64,000 nucleotides of DNA, from positions 310,001 to 374,000 of the IMG/VR virus record IMGVR_UViG_3300027896_005002; one strand, given 5' to 3'. Made by a program: the position numbers and the translations under genes. The notes beneath the pieces were generated by a model. That model did not search any database, was not told the origin of the DNA, and saw nothing but the letters and a program-made list of their open reading frames with translations. Shown here one piece after another: positions 16,528 through 27,188 of the stretch (position 1 is the stretch's first letter; the number at the start of each line of letters is the position of its first letter).

Positions 16528-17166
16528 TTATTCATGTTGTTTTTCGTAGATTGTTCTCGTTAACCATTGTCTTGCTTCTATCTGATCTACAGTATTATCT
16601 TTTATTCTATCATAAAATTCACTATATGAAATCTTCGGAAAAACATCTAGATTAGAATTTAGAGACACATTAAAAACATTTTTATAATTTGAAAAAATCT
16701 TGAACTTATAAGTCTTTGTATATGGTCGTTCATTCTCTCGACCTCTATGTGGAATGTCATGGAAATGACTAACATTATTTACAAACCCACAATCGTAACC
16801 TAACAAATATATTTCTTTAAAATCTAAAGCAATTCCTAACGACAAAGAAAATAATCCTACTAGAAAAGAACTATATAAACCTTGTTTTAAACCTTGACCA
16901 CCACAAAATACATCAGAATCCTGTAATTTCATAATATCTGACGGTACATTGCATACACTTCTTGTAATTTTTATGCATTTTTTATCATCAATAAATTGTT
17001 TTTGTTTATCATAAAATTCTCTATCAACCCAAATCAAAGCAGTTGGTTCATAAAAATGACAAACAAAATTTGTTCCAAAAGTAAATTGATTATCTAATTT
17101 TTTAAAGTCAAGTTCTTTTATACTTGGTCCGCCACCAATTATTACAAGTTTATTATTCATTATCAT
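16528..17166 (-). CDS. Maf/DUF115-like glycosyltransferase-related protein
   Basis: VIIGGGPS...TFGTN...IYLLGYD...HFH. Confidence 0.7.
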   Translation of the reverse strand: MIMNNKLVIIGGGPSIKELDFKKLDNQFTFGTNFVCHFYEPTALIWVDREFYDKQKQFIDDKKCIKITRSVCNVPSDIMKLQDSDVFCGGQGLKQGLYSSFLVGLFSLSLGIALDFKEIYLLGYDCGFVNNVSHFHDIPHRGRENERPYTKTYKFKIFSNYKNVFNVSLNSNLDVFPKISYSEFYDRIKDNTVDQIEARQWLTRTIYEKQHE

Positions 17167-17213
17167 CTTCTATCCTTATAAGACAGGAAGGAGATAAAGG
17201 TCCAAGGGAAGAC

Positions 17214-18107
17214 TTACTTAATATCTTTTAGGAATTGTTGCATTTTTTCAATATCAGTTTCTTTACCTTCCCAGAATAAAGATAAATATGGAATATTTGG
17301 ATCATGCCAAGTGCCTGCCAATTTTCTTCCAGGAGGTTCATTAAATGGTGGATAATAACAACAAACTGGTGTATAAAGCACATTAGCTAAAACCATTAAT
17401 CCACTACAAGCACCAAAATACATTTTACTTTGTTGAAGAAGTGCTATTACACATAATAAATCAGGTGTTCGTCCAACTAAACTAATAGCTTGTATGTTGC
17501 GTTTTAAAAGTTCAACGTGTATATCATTCGTATAGTCATCATAATATCCGCCAACAAATACTGGAATCCAATTTGTCTTTTTCACTATATCTTGTACTAC
17601 ATCAGCCGAAATAGATACATCATAATATCCCCAAGCTTTTTTAGTGCCGTAAGAAGAAAAATTTACAATAAAATAATTTGCTTTTGTAGATTTAGTCAAT
17701 GCACCTTCAATTTTATAATGGAAATCTGTTGTCGGAATCTCATCTTTAAGCCAAAGTTCTAGTCTATTGCCATCTTCAAGAAAAGTATTTGATTCAACAA
17801 ATGTTGAAGCACCATTATTTAATTGACAATATTTAACCATTTTTGTTCGATTAGAATAAACAGAGGGATTACGTGATTTACAGATTAGTTCTATAGGTTT
17901 AACATGTTTATTCCACATTGTATGATATTGACTATTAGGACCAAAACTAAGAATTTTATCTTTAGATAATAAATTTAGATAGGCTTTCATTCTGTCAGGT
18001 TCACCACCGGCATATTCAATGTGATATTGATCACCAGTTGTTACAAATTTACTCCATGTCCAACTAAAATCACCAATACCACTTGGCACCAAAATTTTGT
18101 GAATCAT
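17214..18107 (-). CDS. GT9-like glycosyltransferase
   Basis: GIGD motif, LVGRT.DL, FGACSGLMVLA...TP; paralogue of 24044..24892. Confidence 0.75.
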   Translation of the reverse strand: MIHKILVPSGIGDFSWTWSKFVTTGDQYHIEYAGGEPDRMKAYLNLLSKDKILSFGPNSQYHTMWNKHVKPIELICKSRNPSVYSNRTKMVKYCQLNNGASTFVESNTFLEDGNRLELWLKDEIPTTDFHYKIEGALTKSTKANYFIVNFSSYGTKKAWGYYDVSISADVVQDIVKKTNWIPVFVGGYYDDYTNDIHVELLKRNIQAISLVGRTPDLLCVIALLQQSKMYFGACSGLMVLANVLYTPVCCYYPPFNEPPGRKLAGTWHDPNIPYLSLFWEGKETDIEKMQQFLKDIK

Positions 18108-18119
18108 ATAGACTCCTAT

Positions 18120-19034
18120 CTAATTTAAAATTTTTTTCGCTCTATTAATGTTTAAATGATGTCTTTTAAGCAAATCAAACGAATTTAGAGCAACATTTTC
18201 CATTTCTTTTAAATGATCTAAATAATAATAAACTATGTCTTTTAAATTATTTTTATCAAAAAATATCATACTTTCACCATGTCTAAAAAATTGGTCTTCT
18301 AATTCAATATCTGGTTTATCTGCTATTACACAATTATAATTTGATAATAATTCCCATAATCTCATACAATCCCAACCAGCACCTCTAATATGAAAATTTA
18401 ATTTAGATTTTCTTGATATTTCATAGTATCTATCTCTATCTAGAAATGTATCAGTAGCATATACAATTTTAAATTGTTTATGCATATTAAATAATATCTT
18501 TCCTACATCCCACCGTAATTGATTAGACAAATTTCCAGAAAAAAATATATCAATTGGTCTTTTGTCAAAACTAATAAATTCTTCATTTAACATATACTTA
18601 TTTGCAGACATAAACAATGGAACAGCTATTTTCTTTTCATTTTCTTTTATGATTTCTCTTTGAAATATTTTATGAATTCTTATAGGCGGCAAATTGGGTA
18701 ATGCAGCTTCATCAGATCCATTTATATAAATAATTTCACCATTAAATTTATTGAAAAAACATTCAATATCATCCCATTTAAAAAACCAAAAATAACAATA
18801 ATTTATGATGATATGTGAAATTTCATTATTGTTTATCATTGACAAAATGTTAGATTTAGAATACGCTGTAGGATATTGATTGACTTTAGTAAATATTGGT
18901 GTGTTTTTACCTCGCATATAATCAATATTTGGGTAATCTATGACATTATCTGCTCCTAACAATTCAATTAATCCTGACCACAAAGTTCCTGCGACATAAT
19001 CAAAATTTTGACAAGTTATATAAAGAATTTTCAC
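18120..19034 (-). CDS. GT-B fold glycosyltransferase
   Basis: DIFFSG...R, SKLNFHIRGAGWDCMRLWE, H...NRAK. Confidence 0.72.
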   Translation of the reverse strand: MKILYITCQNFDYVAGTLWSGLIELLGADNVIDYPNIDYMRGKNTPIFTKVNQYPTAYSKSNILSMINNNEISHIIINYCYFWFFKWDDIECFFNKFNGEIIYINGSDEAALPNLPPIRIHKIFQREIIKENEKKIAVPLFMSANKYMLNEEFISFDKRPIDIFFSGNLSNQLRWDVGKILFNMHKQFKIVYATDTFLDRDRYYEISRKSKLNFHIRGAGWDCMRLWELLSNYNCVIADKPDIELEDQFFRHGESMIFFDKNNLKDIVYYYLDHLKEMENVALNSFDLLKRHHLNINRAKKILN

Positions 19035-19045
19035 ATTAGATTCTC

Positions 19046-19666
19046 TTATTCATAAAATTTTTCTCTTTGCCAAATAGCTTGACCTTCAGGATTATACGAT
19101 AAATTAGGAAAATAAATGATATGACCATTATATTTTGTCATTATTTGTTTAATGGCTTCTTTTACTTGACCTATTCCTACATTATCAAAATATACAGTAT
19201 CAACGCCTAATTTATAAATTATATCAAATTCTTCAACAACATAATCCTTTTCATGACAGCTATCTAAAAAAGCAAAATTTATTTTTACATCAATTTCATT
19301 TAAGAAATTAATACTATTATTACAAATAATCTTTATGTTGGTTAATCCTGATTTTGCTATATTATCTGATGCTATTGCAACTTTTTCAAGGGAAGAATCG
19401 CAAGTTAAAATTGTGCCATTATAACCAGAATCTTTTAAAGCCTGACCCATAATAATTGACGAACATCCATAATTCGTTCCAGTTTCTATTAAAAGATTTT
19501 CACCTTGTCTTAAACAACCTATAATACAATAATATAGTAATCCCCATGCCGGGTATCCAATTGATGAACCATTTTTCAAAAACGCTTCACCATTATCATG
19601 AACATCATCCAAAATTTTTAGATATTCATTAGGAAGCAAATTTCTGTTATAATTGAAATATCTCAT
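19046..19666 (-). CDS. class I SAM-dependent methyltransferase (Methyltransf_24-like)
   Basis: IETGTNYGCSS, FAFLDSCH, YFDN. Confidence 0.85.
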   Translation of the reverse strand: MRYFNYNRNLLPNEYLKILDDVHDNGEAFLKNGSSIGYPAWGLLYYCIIGCLRQGENLLIETGTNYGCSSIIMGQALKDSGYNGTILTCDSSLEKVAIASDNIAKSGLTNIKIICNNSINFLNEIDVKINFAFLDSCHEKDYVVEEFDIIYKLGVDTVYFDNVGIGQVKEAIKQIMTKYNGHIIYFPNLSYNPEGQAIWQREKFYE

Positions 19667-20238
19667 TTTCTTACACTCAAAAGTAGACCTTTATTTGATG
19701 GAAATATTACAGTATTCCAATCTTTTAAACTTTTCATGTACTCATATATATGCATCATTCTATGATCTGTATAAATATCATGAAATAATGCTATTCCTTC
19801 ATGATATATTTTATCTTTAACTATATCAAATTCAGCTACTGCAGTTTGAAAAGAATGTTGACTATCATGAAAAAAAACATCACAATACTTAATATTTTTT
19901 ATTAACTCCGGCAATAATTGTAAAGAATTTCCCAATTTAAATTCAAATTTTGCATTTAGACCAAACTTATCAATCCACGATTTTGTCCCAAAATCAGTTA
20001 CATCCATTGTAAATATTTTACCATTTATATCAGCATCCCGTAAAGCCAATGCCATACATATTGATGAATATCCTTTATTTGTACCTGTTTCTATAATAAT
20101 AAATGGTTCTGAATCTCTACCTACTCTATTGCTGCTTTTAGCTTTAGATATGACAAAATAATATAATAAATAGCCTAGTTCAAACTCTACAGACATTCCA
20201 GTCATATTTTTATTTAATTCTTCAATATCATTTTGCAT
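19663..20238 (-). CDS. class I SAM-dependent methyltransferase (Methyltransf_24-like)
   Basis: IETGTNKGYSS, FFHDSQH, LFHD; paralogue of the adjacent gene. Confidence 0.85.
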   Translation of the reverse strand: MQNDIEELNKNMTGMSVEFELGYLLYYFVISKAKSSNRVGRDSEPFIIIETGTNKGYSSICMALALRDADINGKIFTMDVTDFGTKSWIDKFGLNAKFEFKLGNSLQLLPELIKNIKYCDVFFHDSQHSFQTAVAEFDIVKDKIYHEGIALFHDIYTDHRMMHIYEYMKSLKDWNTVIFPSNKGLLLSVRK

Positions 20239-21193
20239 TTAAAAATTTCTTTCTTTCATATTCTAGACATTCAATAACTGTTTCTTGAATAGAAAATTTG
20301 GGATACCAACCTAAATCTACTCTTATTTTTCTAGAATCTGCAACTTTATCAAAAGCTTCTTTATATGCAGATCCATGTAACTTAACAGGATCTGTAAATT
20401 GAATTTCAGATTTACTTCCCGATAATTTTAAAACCATTTTAGCTAAATCTAAAATAGTAATTTTGTTTAATTCATTACCAACATTAAAAACTTCTCTATT
20501 TACATCAGAATTTTGTATAAGCATAATTCCAGAAACAATATCTTTTACATTAGTAAAACTTCTAACCATTTTACCATCATAATAAACTGTTAATGGTTCA
20601 TTTCTTAAAGCAGCATTAATAAATCGAGGTAAAACAAAACCTCCTGGGATTGCACTTTGTCGTAATCCAATAATATTAAAAGGTCTTATAATATTTATCT
20701 TCAAATCTAAAACTGAACTAGTATTCAATCCGCTAATTTCAGCCAATAATTTACCAACAGCATATTCTTGTCTTGCACTTGAATCACTAATTACTATTTT
20801 ATTATCAGTTTCTGCTAAATGTTCTTTTGGTGACGGTCCATATAATTCTGATGTTGAAACATATAATAGTTTTGCACCAGTTTCAATACATAATTTCATA
20901 ACATTGCTTGTTTCTTCAATAATTCTACGACCAATTTGACCTGAATACTTTAAAACACCAACAGGACCAACAACACTTGCACAATGATAAATATGATCAT
21001 ACTTTTTACTAGTAACAAATGTATTAATATCCTGTTTAATTATTGTAACTTGATTTTGATTAAAGAATGATTCAGTAATAACGTTTGATTGACAATTATC
21101 AACAATATCAATATTATCAATTGTATTTGCTAATAAATTTTCAACAATATGAGAACCCAAAAAGCCTAATCCTCCGGTTACTAGATGATTCAT
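20228..21193 (-). CDS. NAD-dependent nucleotide-sugar epimerase/dehydratase/decarboxylase
   Basis: VTGGLGFLG, STSELYG, YAVGK (YxxxK), RPFN, RSFT. Confidence 0.92.
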   Translation of the reverse strand: MNHLVTGGLGFLGSHIVENLLANTIDNIDIVDNCQSNVITESFFNQNQVTIIKQDINTFVTSKKYDHIYHCASVVGPVGVLKYSGQIGRRIIEETSNVMKLCIETGAKLLYVSTSELYGPSPKEHLAETDNKIVISDSSARQEYAVGKLLAEISGLNTSSVLDLKINIIRPFNIIGLRQSAIPGGFVLPRFINAALRNEPLTVYYDGKMVRSFTNVKDIVSGIMLIQNSDVNREVFNVGNELNKITILDLAKMVLKLSGSKSEIQFTDPVKLHGSAYKEAFDKVADSRKIRVDLGWYPKFSIQETVIECLEYERKKFLNAK

Positions 21194-23421
21194 GATATCT
21201 GCCTCCTAATATAAGGTTCAATAAATTTGTTCCATTCATTAACTTGTTCACCTAATTTATAATCTAAAAAAGCATGATTTATATGATATCCTAATCGTTC
21301 AGCATTCATACCAAAATGTTTTGTAAATGCAAATTGTGTATCTAATGCTGTTATTCTATTTGAATCAATTTTTTCAGTATAAAGTGTCCTTCCCATAAAA
21401 CCTTGACTTCTCAAATGTATAAATGGTCCTGATGGCACAGATAAACTAATATACCCTAAATACGCAGCTTTTGATCCCATCCAACCTTCATAAAAATTAA
21501 ATCCTGGTAAAAATCCTCCAGCTTTTTCCCATAAAGCTCGTTTTACAATTATAAGCCCACCTGGCCAAAAAGCTAATCCCAATTTTTTATTCAAAAGTTT
21601 TTCTCTATTACCTTTAATTAAATCCATATATGGAAACCCAGAATGAGTCAACATACTACTAAAATTAGCAGGTAAATTAATATGATCAGAAAAGATGATT
21701 TCTTTATTTTTTTCTTTCCACACATCAAGATAATCAAAAAATAATTTATATGTTAAATTACCATTGTTCCATGCTGCATCATCTTTATAAAATTCTTCAA
21801 TTATTTTATAATAAATATCTATATTTGAATCATTTATCTCATATCTAAAAATCCAATTTAATGGATCCAAAGTTGTTGGTATAAATCCAACTAATGCTAA
21901 TAATGGCGCTTCAATATGAGGCAATCCCAACATTCCTAATTCAACAGGTCCTTGAGGTCCATTTAATTTAACATTATTTACATTATTTATTAAAATATAA
22001 GCAGCATCTAACCATTCAAAAGATGGTAAAACACCATCTTCTATTATTGCAACCCACTCATTGTCACAATTTTTAAAAATAAAATTTAAATTACTAGATA
22101 AATCAGGAGTATCATTAACAATAAATTTAACCCCAAAAGAATCACAAATTACTTTTTTCTTTTCAACTTCATCTTGTAACGGTGTTCCATCGTCAGATAC
22201 TATGTATTCTACATCTTTAACATTAGTAAATTTTTGCAATTGTGGTAATAATGCTTTTAATCTATGACTTGCTATACTAACACTTGGAATTGCAATAGTA
22301 ATTTTCATATTACACCTATTTATATTTAATTTTGATAAATTGATTTCTTTTTCTTGCTGTTCAGATTGTTGTTGTTCAATAGTTTTTACTTGTAATGTAT
22401 CTAATATTGACTTAAAAGTTAATCTCCATCGTTTATGTGTAATTTTTCTCCAATTAATAAGAGATTTTGAAATTGATTCAACAGATAAAGAATCGCACCA
22501 ATCAAGAATATTAAAAGGCTGCCATGGACAATGACTTATATCAATTCTAGATAAAAAAGGTATTTCATCTGCCAAAAATTGTCTATAATCTGTTCCAAGT
22601 AATAAACTTGGCATACCACTACCTGAACATGGCAAAGCACCATTATTGCGAATGCCTATATAAACATCTTTATCATTAAAAAAATTGCAAAATTTATTAA
22701 ATGTATCAAACCAATTAATTGTTTTTGACAATTTTTCTGTAAAATATTCTTGCAAACCAAGATAATTTGATAATTTCCTCTCATATATTAAATGAACATT
22801 ATATTTACTTTTCTCAAATTCATCTATTATATATTTCATTTTTTCAAAATAATTCTTAAATGTATCATCAGTGCTACAACCAACTTCAGAAGGATTAGCT
22901 ATTGATAATACAATATCTTTTTTACTAATTACTGATTTTGGCTCAAATGAATAAAAAGCAGGACAAGGTAAAATATGAGTAATATTAGATGCAAATCCAT
23001 TCTTTACTGTTAACCACCAATAACAAAATCTATCTCTACAAACAACTAAATCAATAAGTTTTGAATCACGTAATTCAATTAATTCTTCTTTACCATAATA
23101 AAAATCGCTATTATATGGAACTGTTAATCCTACGCCAAGTAACATTAGCCTTTTTTTATATTTAATACAATACTTCCAAGATAATCTATGTTCTATATCA
23201 AGCCATGATGGTATACCTGGTATAATAACATAATTTGCATTTTTTATTAAGGTTTCTAAAACTGTCGGCCCTTTGTCTTTTAATACTTTTGATGAAAATA
23301 TAATATCAAAATTTTGTTGTAATTCGGGTAATAATTTAAAAATACCTTCAATAATAAAGTTACTACCTCCACCATCAAACTCCCAAGCAGTTGAAATCAT
23401 TACAATATAATCTTTAGTCAT
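21190..23421 (-). CDS. polysaccharide pyruvyltransferase-like + GT2-like glycosyltransferase fusion
   Basis: N-half LGVG, VCRD, LPCPA; C-half ITIAIPS, VSDDGT, IIEDG, AGGF; Q/E-rich linker. Confidence 0.7.
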   Translation of the reverse strand: MTKDYIVMISTAWEFDGGGSNFIIEGIFKLLPELQQNFDIIFSSKVLKDKGPTVLETLIKNANYVIIPGIPSWLDIEHRLSWKYCIKYKKRLMLLGVGLTVPYNSDFYYGKEELIELRDSKLIDLVVCRDRFCYWWLTVKNGFASNITHILPCPAFYSFEPKSVISKKDIVLSIANPSEVGCSTDDTFKNYFEKMKYIIDEFEKSKYNVHLIYERKLSNYLGLQEYFTEKLSKTINWFDTFNKFCNFFNDKDVYIGIRNNGALPCSGSGMPSLLLGTDYRQFLADEIPFLSRIDISHCPWQPFNILDWCDSLSVESISKSLINWRKITHKRWRLTFKSILDTLQVKTIEQQQSEQQEKEINLSKLNINRCNMKITIAIPSVSIASHRLKALLPQLQKFTNVKDVEYIVSDDGTPLQDEVEKKKVICDSFGVKFIVNDTPDLSSNLNFIFKNCDNEWVAIIEDGVLPSFEWLDAAYILINNVNNVKLNGPQGPVELGMLGLPHIEAPLLALVGFIPTTLDPLNWIFRYEINDSNIDIYYKIIEEFYKDDAAWNNGNLTYKLFFDYLDVWKEKNKEIIFSDHINLPANFSSMLTHSGFPYMDLIKGNREKLLNKKLGLAFWPGGLIIVKRALWEKAGGFLPGFNFYEGWMGSKAAYLGYISLSVPSGPFIHLRSQGFMGRTLYTEKIDSNRITALDTQFAFTKHFGMNAERLGYHINHAFLDYKLGEQVNEWNKFIEPYIRRQIS

Positions 23422-23430
23422 AATTCCTTT

Positions 23431-24051
23431 TTATAGACGATTCTTTGCCGTCTGTTTCCTTTTAAACCGTCTTGATGCTTGATAATGTATTATTACTGGA
23501 TTTTCAACTTTTATATAAGGTTCTTTTCCATCTGGTAAACTAAAAATATATGAATATTCTATAGGCAAATAATAACACTTTAAATTAGTAGAATTTACTA
23601 ATCGTTCAAACCATATATGTTCTCCAGTATCTAAACTAAAACATTTCTTTCTCCATTCAGTTACAAATTTAAGAACATTATCATTATTTCGAAAAAATAT
23701 CGTTCCATTAAAAACTTCTTTTTTATTTGTATTAGTTCTATACCAAACATTATGGTCTAATACATGAAAAGCAATATCACATTCTTCAGGAATTGAATCA
23801 AATAATTTAGGATAACATTGCACTACAGCATCAGTATCAAGATAAACAATATTTTTAGGTTTGTTTTCAATTAATGCATTTAAAATAATAGTTGGTTTGT
23901 GTGCAATATTAGCAAGCCAACTACCTTGATCTTCAACTTTTTTACACTCAAATTCAAGTTCCAATCTTTGTAATGATGGTAAAAGAATGTCATTTGCCAT
24001 TTGTTCATAACTACCAGGAGTATAAAAACTAATTACTTTGAATTTATTCAT
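23431..24051 (-). CDS. nucleotide-diphospho-sugar transferase (GT-A)
   Basis: KP, VYLDTDA (DxD), NGTIFF, IIHYQASR; start at ATG 24051. Confidence 0.8.
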   Translation of the reverse strand: MNKFKVISFYTPGSYEQMANDILLPSLQRLELEFECKKVEDQGSWLANIAHKPTIILNALIENKPKNIVYLDTDAVVQCYPKLFDSIPEECDIAFHVLDHNVWYRTNTNKKEVFNGTIFFRNNDNVLKFVTEWRKKCFSLDTGEHIWFERLVNSTNLKCYYLPIEYSYIFSLPDGKEPYIKVENPVIIHYQASRRFKRKQTAKNRL

Positions 24052-24892
24052 ATATACTTTTAACAAATTTACATAAAGCTGTAATGTCTTGCTTATAATC
24101 AGACCATAAAAACCATTTATAAGGAACGTTTGGATCACTCCAACTGGTTGGTAATTGCGGTCTTGGCCACCATGACGCTGACGGAATACTTACCAAATTA
24201 GATAACATTGTCATACCGGAACTAACACAACCTAAAAAGAATTTACTACATTGAATTTGATGCAAGGCACTTAATACGTCTACTGTTTGTCCAATAAAAT
24301 TGGTAACATTTGCATTTATTTTTACATATTCATCATAAACAGCTTTTGCAAAATCATCATAATCAGCACCAATAAAAATTGGTCTCCAATTTGTCTGTTT
24401 TTGTACAGCATATATTATTTCTAACCATCGAGGAACATCATATGTTTTCCAAATCTTTTGCATTTTCCATGATGACAGATGAACAATAAATTGATCTTGT
24501 TGAACAGGATTTTTAAGCAATCCATTAAGTTCATAATGAAAATCTATTTTTAATTCTGGCATCCATACTTCAATACGACCACCATTTTCCAAATGTGTAT
24601 TTGCTTCGACATAAGTTTGCTCATTTACTAACAAATCACTATAATTGAATGCTTTTCGCACAGCTGGAATTATTTTCATTTCCAAATTTGAAAGAATAAA
24701 TTGAGCTTTATAAGCTTTATTTTGCTTATAACCAACAATTTTATTTTTAGGTAGGAGAGTCAAATAAGGCCCTAATCTATCAGGGCCTGTATCTGGATAT
24801 TCAACAAAATAACTGTCTTGTGTTGTAGATAATTTACACCATAACCAATGAAAATCACCAATTCCTGGAGGTACAATAATTTTGTATAACAT
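24044..24892 (-). CDS. GT9-like glycosyltransferase
   Basis: PPGIGDFHW, FIGQT.D, FLGCVSSGMTML; paralogue of 17214..18107. Confidence 0.75.
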   Translation of the reverse strand: MLYKIIVPPGIGDFHWLWCKLSTTQDSYFVEYPDTGPDRLGPYLTLLPKNKIVGYKQNKAYKAQFILSNLEMKIIPAVRKAFNYSDLLVNEQTYVEANTHLENGGRIEVWMPELKIDFHYELNGLLKNPVQQDQFIVHLSSWKMQKIWKTYDVPRWLEIIYAVQKQTNWRPIFIGADYDDFAKAVYDEYVKINANVTNFIGQTVDVLSALHQIQCSKFFLGCVSSGMTMLSNLVSIPSASWWPRPQLPTSWSDPNVPYKWFLWSDYKQDITALCKFVKSIYE

Positions 24893-24954
24893 AATTTTCC
24901 TAAATTTAAATTTAATTTATTTTATTTACTAATTTATATTAAATTTTACTGCAG

Positions 24955-26397
24955 TTATCGAATATCATATGCCGTTGGATCAACACCCTCTTTAGACGTA
25001 CCAAACATAGAAATAGATACGCCTGCAGCAGTGCCAATAATCTCGTTGTTAGTTCTTGTTGATGTGGTTACTATAGGCTCTGCTTGAGTAAATTTTACAT
25101 CATCAAATCTAGCAATTTCTGGTTTTGATAAAACGCCTGCGGTTATAGGTACTTTTTTTCCTATAATTGTTTTTTTTACAATCAATAATGCCTTGTCAGA
25201 TATCACATCTGGAGAAACACCATTAAAAATTCTAACAGAATAATTACCAGAGTCACTAGCTATTAAATTAATAATGGTCAATACAGCTGTATTTGTACCA
25301 GATATCCTACTACCACTGATTAGTGGTGTATGATTTCGTCTCCATTCATAAGATACTGTCGGTACACCTGTAGCTGTCACAGAAAACATGACAGTATCAC
25401 CAAACATTTTATTTGCATCGATAGGCTGTACTATAATTTCAGGAGCTTGAGATAATATAACTTTTAAATAAGATCCTATATCTGCATGTCCGGTTCTATT
25501 TACATTATTATAATCTACAGTCGGAACAACAGATTCTGCTGCATGATTAATACCTCTCCCGATACATGGACTATCATCTTGTAAAGTAAAATCATCTCCT
25601 GTAGGATTTGTAAACATAGGATCAGTGTTATGTATATTATGACTTCCAACAAATAATCCTGCATTTGCTCCAAATTCTTCAATACCATAATTATAAGAAA
25701 TACCATAATCAATAATTAAATTACATGTATCAGGTGTTTCTATCCTATAACACTCACTAGTATTATTCGAACATATATTATTTAACCATTTTCCATTTAC
25801 ATGACCGTTACTTGTTTGTAAAATACCACGAGCACCCCCATAAAAAACATTATTGCAAATATTACCATAAAAAGTAACACCCGCTCCTTGAGCGATTTCA
25901 ATTAAATTAACACCCATAATAAGGTCTTGACATATATTATTAGTTACAAGAGCTTCTACATCTGTCGAACAGTCAAATCGAAAAGTAGTAATATTGAAAT
26001 GACATCTACTAATCTCGGATACAATTGTATTTAATCCTGCAATTTGTATTAATGAGAAAAAATTACCTTCACCAATAGTAGATTCAAATCGTATATCATA
26101 TAAGTTAATTGCTTTAGGAAAAAACAAAGATGCAAAACTTCCATCACTACCTGCAAGTTTCCATGTAGGTTTATTTGTATTCCCGCTCCAGGATCTAATT
26201 GTAATTGAATAAGGTGGCATCTCAATTACATGACCTGAATCATCAATCACTCCATTATCTACCAATTCTATAATAGTTCCATCAACAATTGAATCTCCTA
26301 TAATAGATTGTATTAGATCATACATGGAATGAAAGCCGGCATCAGGAGTAAGACCAGATGGAACAACGCCTGCAGCATTTAAATAAAAAGTTGACAT
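24955..26397 (-). CDS. putative virion surface protein: beta-helix/choice-of-anchor-Q-like region + Ig domain
   Basis: Asn/Ile-rich repeats, DPMF...DFTLQDDSPCIG...DIGSY, Ig signature V.FSVTATG.P...YEW...DSGNYSV. Confidence 0.7.
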   Translation of the reverse strand: MSTFYLNAAGVVPSGLTPDAGFHSMYDLIQSIIGDSIVDGTIIELVDNGVIDDSGHVIEMPPYSITIRSWSGNTNKPTWKLAGSDGSFASLFFPKAINLYDIRFESTIGEGNFFSLIQIAGLNTIVSEISRCHFNITTFRFDCSTDVEALVTNNICQDLIMGVNLIEIAQGAGVTFYGNICNNVFYGGARGILQTSNGHVNGKWLNNICSNNTSECYRIETPDTCNLIIDYGISYNYGIEEFGANAGLFVGSHNIHNTDPMFTNPTGDDFTLQDDSPCIGRGINHAAESVVPTVDYNNVNRTGHADIGSYLKVILSQAPEIIVQPIDANKMFGDTVMFSVTATGVPTVSYEWRRNHTPLISGSRISGTNTAVLTIINLIASDSGNYSVRIFNGVSPDVISDKALLIVKKTIIGKKVPITAGVLSKPEIARFDDVKFTQAEPIVTTSTRTNNEIIGTAAGVSISMFGTSKEGVDPTAYDIR

Positions 26398-26423
26398 ATA
26401 ATCCTTTCAAATATTATGAAAAC

Positions 26424-27062
26424 TTAACTTCGTTTTATTGATGATACATTATATCCAACAGGCTTACTTGCCTTAACAGGAGGAACAATATTAACTAAAT
26501 AACTAAAAATATTACTAGTTCTTATTCTATCATTAACTGTTACAAAAATATTTCGTGTAGTAGTATTTGAACTTCCAGTAATAATAACTTTTGCAGAAGT
26601 ATCAGTCATTGATATAATATTATATCCTACACCATCGGTCACAGATAACAAAAATGACCCTGGATATACTTTATCTGTAGTGACTATTAAGTTTGCTAAA
26701 CTAATATTTAAATAAGATCCTACATATAATTTTGGCACACTTACTTGTCCAATAATTTGCGGCATTGAAATCACAGTAATACTTAGATTAAAATAATCAG
26801 ACCATATAACTCCACCATCACTTACTCTAACAGGGACTGTTAAATCACCAACAAAATCTGTTGTCGGAATAACATCAAATTGATTTAGCACGCCAGATGC
26901 AAAAGATATTGTATAATGACTTCCAGCCAATGCTTCTATCATCCAATCTGTACCACTACCATCAGGATATGATGGATCATTAACATATAAATCTGATAAT
27001 ACAACAAGTCGGTCAACATTAATAGCAGTCGATAATGCTTTTTGTCCAATAATAATGGCCAT
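26424..27062 (-). CDS. two-repeat cadherin/Ig-like protein
   Basis: Repeats IIGQ...L.V...YP....L...G.Y...V.V.D...S..F; start at ATG 27062. Confidence 0.6.
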   Translation of the reverse strand: MAIIIGQKALSTAINVDRLVVLSDLYVNDPSYPDGSGTDWMIEALAGSHYTISFASGVLNQFDVIPTTDFVGDLTVPVRVSDGGVIWSDYFNLSITVISMPQIIGQVSVPKLYVGSYLNISLANLIVTTDKVYPGSFLLSVTDGVGYNIISMTDTSAKVIITGSSNTTTRNIFVTVNDRIRTSNIFSYLVNIVPPVKASKPVGYNVSSIKRS

Positions 27063-27188
27063 ACACCCATCCTTGTTAAATGTTTTAATTAGTAGAAAAA
27101 TCAAACTTTTATTTATTGAATAATTTATTTATATACGCTCATATTTACATAGTAAAAAAACGTACGTCAATCAACAAGAAAAGATCTG

